The position numbers and the translations under genes are program-made. Below, one piece after another: positions 33,594 to 39,318 of a stretch of 39,318 nucleotides of DNA. Within the stretch, counting starts at the first letter, position 1. Each line of letters opens with the position of its first letter. Origin of the DNA: Chiloscyllium plagiosum (lineage: Eukaryota); assembly GCF_004010195.1 (NCBI RefSeq), contig NC_057752.1, positions 7,976,835 to 8,016,152 on the forward strand. The letters run 5' to 3'. The notes beneath the pieces are model-generated. The model ran no database searches and was not told the origin of the DNA. It worked only from the letters and a program-made list of their open reading frames with translations.

Positions 33594-34613
33594 TGTAGTG
33601 ATTGGACCAAGGTTGGCCAGGTGGATCTCACTGAACATGAGTTCCCTGATTGGAAGCCCTGGTTGACAGATAGAAACAGGAGTGTTAGGTGCTGAGGGTG
33701 GTTAGTGAAGCCGGAAGGTGGGTAGGCCGTCCTGACCGCTGTCACCCCGGGCGGGTACCGGGGCGGGCTGTCCTATAGGTGGTCGAAAGGTGTGTCAGGG
33801 CAGACCGAGAACTGGAAGGGGCATGGGGTGGACTGAGAACCAGAAGGTGGGTGGGGGGGGGGGGNNNNNNNNNNNNNNNNNNNNNNNNNNNNAAGGGCAG
33901 TGTTTGTCACTGGCCACCCGGGTGTTTGCCTATTGTGAGTATATGTGCAAGGACTCTCCTTGAAGGGGACAAGAAAAAAATAAAATAAAATAAACAGGAG
34001 TGTCGCATGCGGTGTCGACCAACACCCTGGAGTTGTTCAGGAAGAAAAAACAAAATAAACAGGAGTATCGCTGTCACCCCGGGCGGGTACCGGGGCAGGC
34101 TGTCCTAGAGGTGGTCGAAAGGTGTGTCAGGGCAGACCGAGAACTGGAAGGGGCATGGGGTGGACCGAGAACCGGAAGGTGGGTAGGGACGGGCTGCCTT
34201 AGAGCGCTCGGAAGGTGGGAGGGGCGGGGGCTTGCTGGGTCTGTATTGTCTGCACTTTTGTATGTAACAGTACTGTCTAATGTACAACTGTCACTGCTGT
34301 TTGTGAAACTGGGATTTGAGGTTTGTCCTCATGTCCCTGTAAACTGTCAGAATGGTAGGGTTTGGGGCCTGGCTTTGCTGCTCCTCTCCCTCGTAAAATT
34401 GCTGTCTTTTGTATGCAGCAGTTTGTTGTAGACTGTTTTTGTAATTTGTTTAATAAAATTTTATAAACAGGAAAAAAAAAGAAACAGGAGTGTCAGAGAG
34501 TCTCCTCACACAAGGTGCTGGCTCTGATCTAGCTGGTCAGAGTCCATGTACTATGCACATGCAAATAAAGGGTGACTTGGTGATGGGATACTACTCTCTG
34601 TGCAGTTATTTCA
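33594..34613 (+). mobile_element. Solo LTR of the same family, interrupted by stacked non-LTR insertions
   Basis: Begins TGTAGTGATT and ends GTTATTTCA; LTR halves 33594-33686 and 34481-34613 are colinear with the other LTR copies. Confidence 0.87.
33673..34494 (+). mobile_element. Tandem Tx1-like non-LTR retrotransposon fragments with target-site duplications
   Basis: AAACAGGAGTRTY copies at 33674, 33992, 34057 and 34482; the last three are each preceded by an A-rich tail. 34070-34480 is a GT-rich 3'UTR with AATAAA plus poly(A). 34005-34041 encodes HAVSTNTLELFR, which I recall as a Tx1 ORF2 C-terminal motif. Confidence 0.8.
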
Positions 34614-36327
34614 AAGATGAAACTAACTTGCAAGCACAGCATAATCAATTCCTTTGCAACAGTCTGAAGTTGCAGTTAAGAATTAGACACACCCAAAAAA
34701 AACACAGAGACTGAATACAAGCCCTAAAGATGCAATGCTAACTCTGATAAGTAAAATCACTATCAGATAAAGGAAATGTGAGACCGCAAGTCTTATTATC
34801 TTGCTGGACATGGTATCTTGACTAAACAGATTACTCAACCCTAGTTTTAAATAATAAATTCAAAATAGCATTCCCATAAATTGAATAGATAATTTTAATA
34901 AAATAGGTGGTCCACCTCACTTAATATGGAATAATAATTGAGAGTGATATACTACTATTCCACCTTTTAATTGCGCAATACCAAAAACTCCATTATAAAT
35001 ATCTCAACATAATGTGAAAACTTTGGAGATTCATTAGATTCAGTCAGCTCTGCTTGAGATTCTTTCTGAAACTAATGAGTTTCCCACACTTTGGTATTAA
35101 GGTAATCTCACTTTGATGCTTAATGAATATCCTTACTGACTTTTAAAAATCTTAAAATCTGTAACAAGTTTGAATTTTGGACTCTCATAAATTCGCATTA
35201 TTATCTCTTTTTGGGTTTTATTTAGCGTTGTGATGTATATTCTGTATAACCACCACATTGTAAGTTTTCTTATATTAAATTTGTGAATATAGTTAAAACC
35301 CAATTTGTTTCATCCAGTCTTATTTATCAAACCCTCAGTGAACTCAAATTCTATTCCCTTCATATTTACTGAGTTTTACCTGGATGCTTGTATTATCTGA
35401 AAAAACTACAAATTATCTAAAAAGAACTTTAGGCTATCAGGAAGTGAGTAGCCCCTTGACTAGTTTTATTGCTTTGGCAGAAGGGCATGTTGGATTCCTT
35501 GGGCAGAGGTTATGTGTCCTGGAGTCTGGTCTCTTCTAGCTGAAGTTGAGGGATGTTAATCAAGGAATACACCTGATCCCAATCGCCCCAGGTAAGGTTG
35601 TGATTGTAAAATATCATATCATGTCCTTGGACAATTCTAGTCTCCCAGGTTGAAAAGAGTGCTTGGAACCATGTGTTAAAAACACAAATATATTTTTCGG
35701 TATAAATAAGCCACTTTCCCTGCACACACCCAACCCAACACCACAAACTGGAGTGAAAGACTGACCAGAGAACATATGGCATTCATCAACTTGTGACTAT
35801 CATGAGAGCAGAAAGGGAGAAATCGATAAAGCAAAGGGCTGCATTTTTCTTTGAAATGAGTTCCAATAATCATGTAGTTGTAGGATGTGGAAATGTTCCT
35901 GTAAATTGCCCACATGATGATCTCAAGCTGCTGTGGAAGCTGTTGAGGCACAAGAACTAAAGTACTGGCTGCCCTACCCTGATTCCTTATGACTTCTCCT
36001 TCAACCTCCTGAATTGTGAGCATTCACAATATTTCTGGAAATCACAAGATTTGTAAGCAAATTGCAAGCATTAACACGATGTGATATTGAACAATGTCAT
36101 GGGACAAAGGAAACATTTTATTAATTGTTTAATTAAATGTATGTAACAAAAAAATGAACATTTAAATTGAATAAAACATGTCTTCACTGGCTGCATTCAA
36201 CACATTTGTCTGCATGTGCTGCAGGCTGAGTTGGAGTCAGTGCTGGCTGCTTGCAGGAACACCCTTCCACTGAAAAGGCAGAAAACATTTCAGACTCAAA
36301 GAAAGTCATTAACGAAGCAGTGCCTAC

Positions 36328-36369
36328 CTTGTTTAACCAGTCTGCACGCTCAAGATCCTGGAAGTTAAT
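36328..36369 (-). CDS. ESYT1: Extended synaptotagmin (ESYT1-like) exon, start of SMP domain
   Basis: 42-nt exon tctcttcacag|ATT...AAG|gtaggc encoding INFQDLERADWLNK (cf. ESYT1 VSFPDVEKAEWLNK). Confidence 0.85.
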
Positions 36370-36599
36370 CTGTGAAGAGAGAATACATTGTCAGTTTTAA
36401 ATGCTGATTGATAAAATCAGTCCAGGATGTCTGCTGTGTCACAGACCTGAAAAAGCCAGTCTACCCTGATTTTCTAAGTGTTAATATAATATGTGAATCT
36501 AGTGACTAACCATACGGGTATCAGTGATGTGATTTTAGACCTCTGTGATTGGTGGGAAAGGAACAAGACAGCAGATAAAATAGAGCAACTCAATTTCCT

Positions 36600-36900
36600 A
36601 GGAGAAAGTGAGGACTGTAGATGCTGGAGATCAGAGTCGAGAGTGTGGTGCTAGAAAAGCACAGCAGGTCAGGCAGCATATGTGGGGGGAGGGGAAATGA
36701 GGAAGCTGTTGAAATCCACATTGATCCCATGTGGTTGCAGGGTTCCAAGGCGGAATATGAGGCATTTCTCCTCCAGGCATCAGTGGTAATGGTTTGGCGA
36801 TGGAGGAAGCCCAGGACCTGCATGTCCTTGATGGAGTGGGAGGGGGAGTTGAAGTGTTCAGCCACGGGGCGGTGGGGTTGGTGGGTGCAGGTGTCCCATT
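36600..36900 (-). mobile_element. Penelope-like element relic
   Basis: PVAEHFNSPSHSIKDMQVLG motif plus terminal-repeat sequence gtagatgctggaga...cacagcaggtcaggcagcat. Confidence 0.82.
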
Positions 36901-37369
36901 TCCTGCTGGTTTCCACATTTTAGCAACATTTTCTTTGACGGATGAGGCTTCTCAAGACCCAGGTGAATAGACAAGGCATCTGCTGCCCAAATTCTAGCCC
37001 TCCTCATCCTCAAAGTTCTCACATGACATGAGTAGATTTTGCAAACTAGTGCTCCCAGCAAATACTATTACAAATGGGCAGTGGATAAGATGTGTACATC
37101 AGTGTGCCTCACACAATTTGTAGTCAACTAACTTTAATTCACAAAAAAACAAAACTTTGCTTCAGATTGCACAAAAAAGTACCCTTGTTCATAAATGTAT
37201 GGCGATTTCCTCTCTTATATTTCTCATTGTAAGTATGTTTATTTTTAAGTTGGAAATCTTCACAAAGGCTCCTGTAATGTTGCTACAAGTTACCAGAGGA
37301 AGTATCTCAGTAATGGATATAACTGCAATCAGATGATCATCAAAAATCAATATATTACCATTTCATTTT

Positions 37370-37646
37370 GATTAGATTACTTACAGTGTGGAAACAGGCC
37401 CTTCGGCCCAACACCGACCCTCTGAAGAGCAACCCACCCAGACCCATTCCCCTACATTTACCCCTTCACCTACCACTACGAGCAATTTAGCATGGCCAAT
37501 TCACCTGACCTGCACATCTTTGGACTGTGGGATGAACCGGAGCACCCGGAGGAAACCCACGCAGACACGGGGAGAACGTGCAAACTCTACACAGTTGCCC
37601 GAGGCGGGAATTGAACCCAGGCCCCTGGTGCTGTGAGGCAGCAGTG
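37370..37646 (-). mobile_element. tRNA-derived SINE, 5'-truncated
   Basis: Colinear with the SINE at 201-495; B box present, A box missing. Confidence 0.85.
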
Positions 37647-38727
37647 TACAAATTCCAGCAAACTTCCCTTTGTGGACAAGGTGTTGGGCAGGGAAACCGG
37701 TCAGTTATTTGTTCACCTGATCTATTTCGAAACTAACAGAATAGGTAGGTCATATTACCACCTATATGATTTTGCCTAATTTTTACGTGGGATTATGAGG
37801 AAGCTTTAAAATTAAATCCCAGAAGACTAATGTTACATCTTTTGTTTTGACAAACAGAAATATTTTTTCTCTATATTTTTAAGTTTGTTATTGTCTGGAC
37901 TGTTAGTTATTGAAATCTTTGATCAACTTAAGTCATTAGCAGGATAGACCTTAGAATTCAAACGGCTCTCCTACATAGCCTCCATCCCATATTCTGAACA
38001 CTGAACAGTTTTCAGGTTGATCTTACAATACTTTTGTCCAGTTTCCAGAGTTCAGACAGCAGGAGGCAATGTGCTTATCCCACTATGTCTCCAATCCATC
38101 TTGTTTTTTTTGTCATGCCTTTGATCCTCTTCCTATTATCAAAACCAACTCCATGTTGATAGTGTATAGTTCATAACCAGGATTTAATCAAGTCTATGAA
38201 AAAAAAACTATTTCATCAAGCACAGATAATTCTGAAATATTCTCTTTCCAAGAAGATTGTGGATGCTGAAGATCAATTGAAATTTGCTGGGAAAGGATGT
38301 CAAAGGATGCAAATCAAAGGTAGGTAAATGGATTTGACATACAGATCATGATCTGATGGAATGGCAAAATGGACTCAAGGGGACTGAATGGCCTGCTCCA
38401 AGGCAGCTGTCCTTTTGCATGAAGCAGACTTTGAGCGCACAATCTAGAATATTTCTGGGATGTAAACCTGACACCAAGAGATTGTGACTTTATGGCACTG
38501 TGATGTATATGCTTTCTTTTTATATAGTACTCTGCATTGCTTTAAATATTCTGAGTGTCCAGCACTTCTGTCAGCATTGATGGCTCCCTGGAAAGTGATT
38601 ACAGCTTCTGGTGAGACACCTCTGTCGATTTGAGGAAATGCAACCCTTTTGTTACAAGTCACCACTGCCACCTGGCACCATTGATAAGACAGCATACAAG
38701 CAGTTACATCAGAAACCTGGTATCAGA

Positions 38728-39074
38728 AGAAAAGAAAACTGGCACTGTGGCTGTACCATCAGATCCAACTCAAGCAGGAAACCATATTGGATAGTTGTTC
38801 AAAACACTGTTATTAAGATATCAAACACATCTTGAAAATACATGTTGAAACTTTATTGCTGGAACAGCACAGCAGGTCAGGCAGCATCCAGGGAACAGGA
38901 GAAAAGAAAACTGGCACTGTGGCTGTACCATCAGATCCAACTCAAGCAGGAAACCATATTGGATAGTTGTTCAAAACACTGTTATTAAGATATCAAACAC
39001 ATCTTGAAAATACATGTTGAAACTTTATTGCTGGAACAGCACAGCAGGTCAGGCAGCATCCAGGGAACAGGAGA
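38728..39074. repeat. Tandem duplication, 2 x 172 bp
   Basis: agaaaagaaaactggcactg...gggaacaggaga repeated, apparently without mismatch. Confidence 0.92.
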
Positions 39075-39222
39075 TTCGACGTTTCGGTAACAGGCCCTTC
39101 TTCAGGAATGAGCAGAGAGTGTTCAGCAGGAGAAGATAAAAGGTAGGGAGGAGGGACTTGGAGGAGGGGCGTGGGAAATGTGATAGGTGGAAAGAGGTCA
39201 AGGTGAGGGTGATAGGTCGGAG
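38843..39222 (-). mobile_element. Penelope-like terminal region with hammerhead core
   Basis: gctggaacagcacagcaggtcaggcagcatcc...gacgtttcg...cccttcttcagg followed by purine-rich PLE sequence. Confidence 0.75.
39074..39109 (-). ncRNA. Minimal type I hammerhead ribozyme motif (Penelope-associated)
   Basis: AUUC-CUGAAGA-AGGGCCUGUUACC-GAAAC-GUC-GAAU: core boxes and stem I intact, stem II partly mismatched. Confidence 0.65.
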
Positions 39223-39226
39223 GAGA

Positions 39227-39318
39227 CTAACTATCCGTGATCCCAGTCTGGTTCACTGTGATCCTGACCTAATTAAATGTGATCCCAGTCTGCTTTACCG
39301 TGATCCTGACCTAACTAT
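39227..39318. repeat. Minisatellite (~42-bp unit with ~21-bp sub-repeat), running off the window
   Basis: Alternating gtgatcccagtctg / gtgatcctgacctaa. Confidence 0.7.

Overview
Repeat-rich vertebrate genomic DNA, very probably a shark (tRNA-derived HE1-type SINEs, CR1 and Penelope relics; scaffold with three N gaps). Host genes: (1) a + strand S100B-like gene with two coding exons (4582-4713, 16730-16873; 91 aa) split by a 12-kb transposon-filled intron; (2) three - strand exons encoding the first part of an extended-synaptotagmin (ESYT1-like) SMP domain (36328-36369, 32168-32302, 30715-30788), whose expected next exon I could not find; (3) four in-phase - strand exons of an unrecognised protein (21949-22119, 21790-21867, 19854-19940, 18748-18845) converging on the S100 gene. 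The most notable signal involves four copies of one Gypsy LTR family. Two are empty. The other two carry stacks of poly(A)-tailed, Tx1-like non-LTR retrotransposon fragments, all at the same 13-14 bp site (AAACAGGAGTGTC), which is duplicated at each junction and overlaps the LTR's TATA-like box. This suggests a site-specific retrotransposon parasitising an LTR promoter. Also present: Penelope minimal hammerhead ribozyme cores, a templated insertion with flanking duplication, Harbinger relics and a TA-flanked MITE. All homology calls are from memory of the families; no searches were run.
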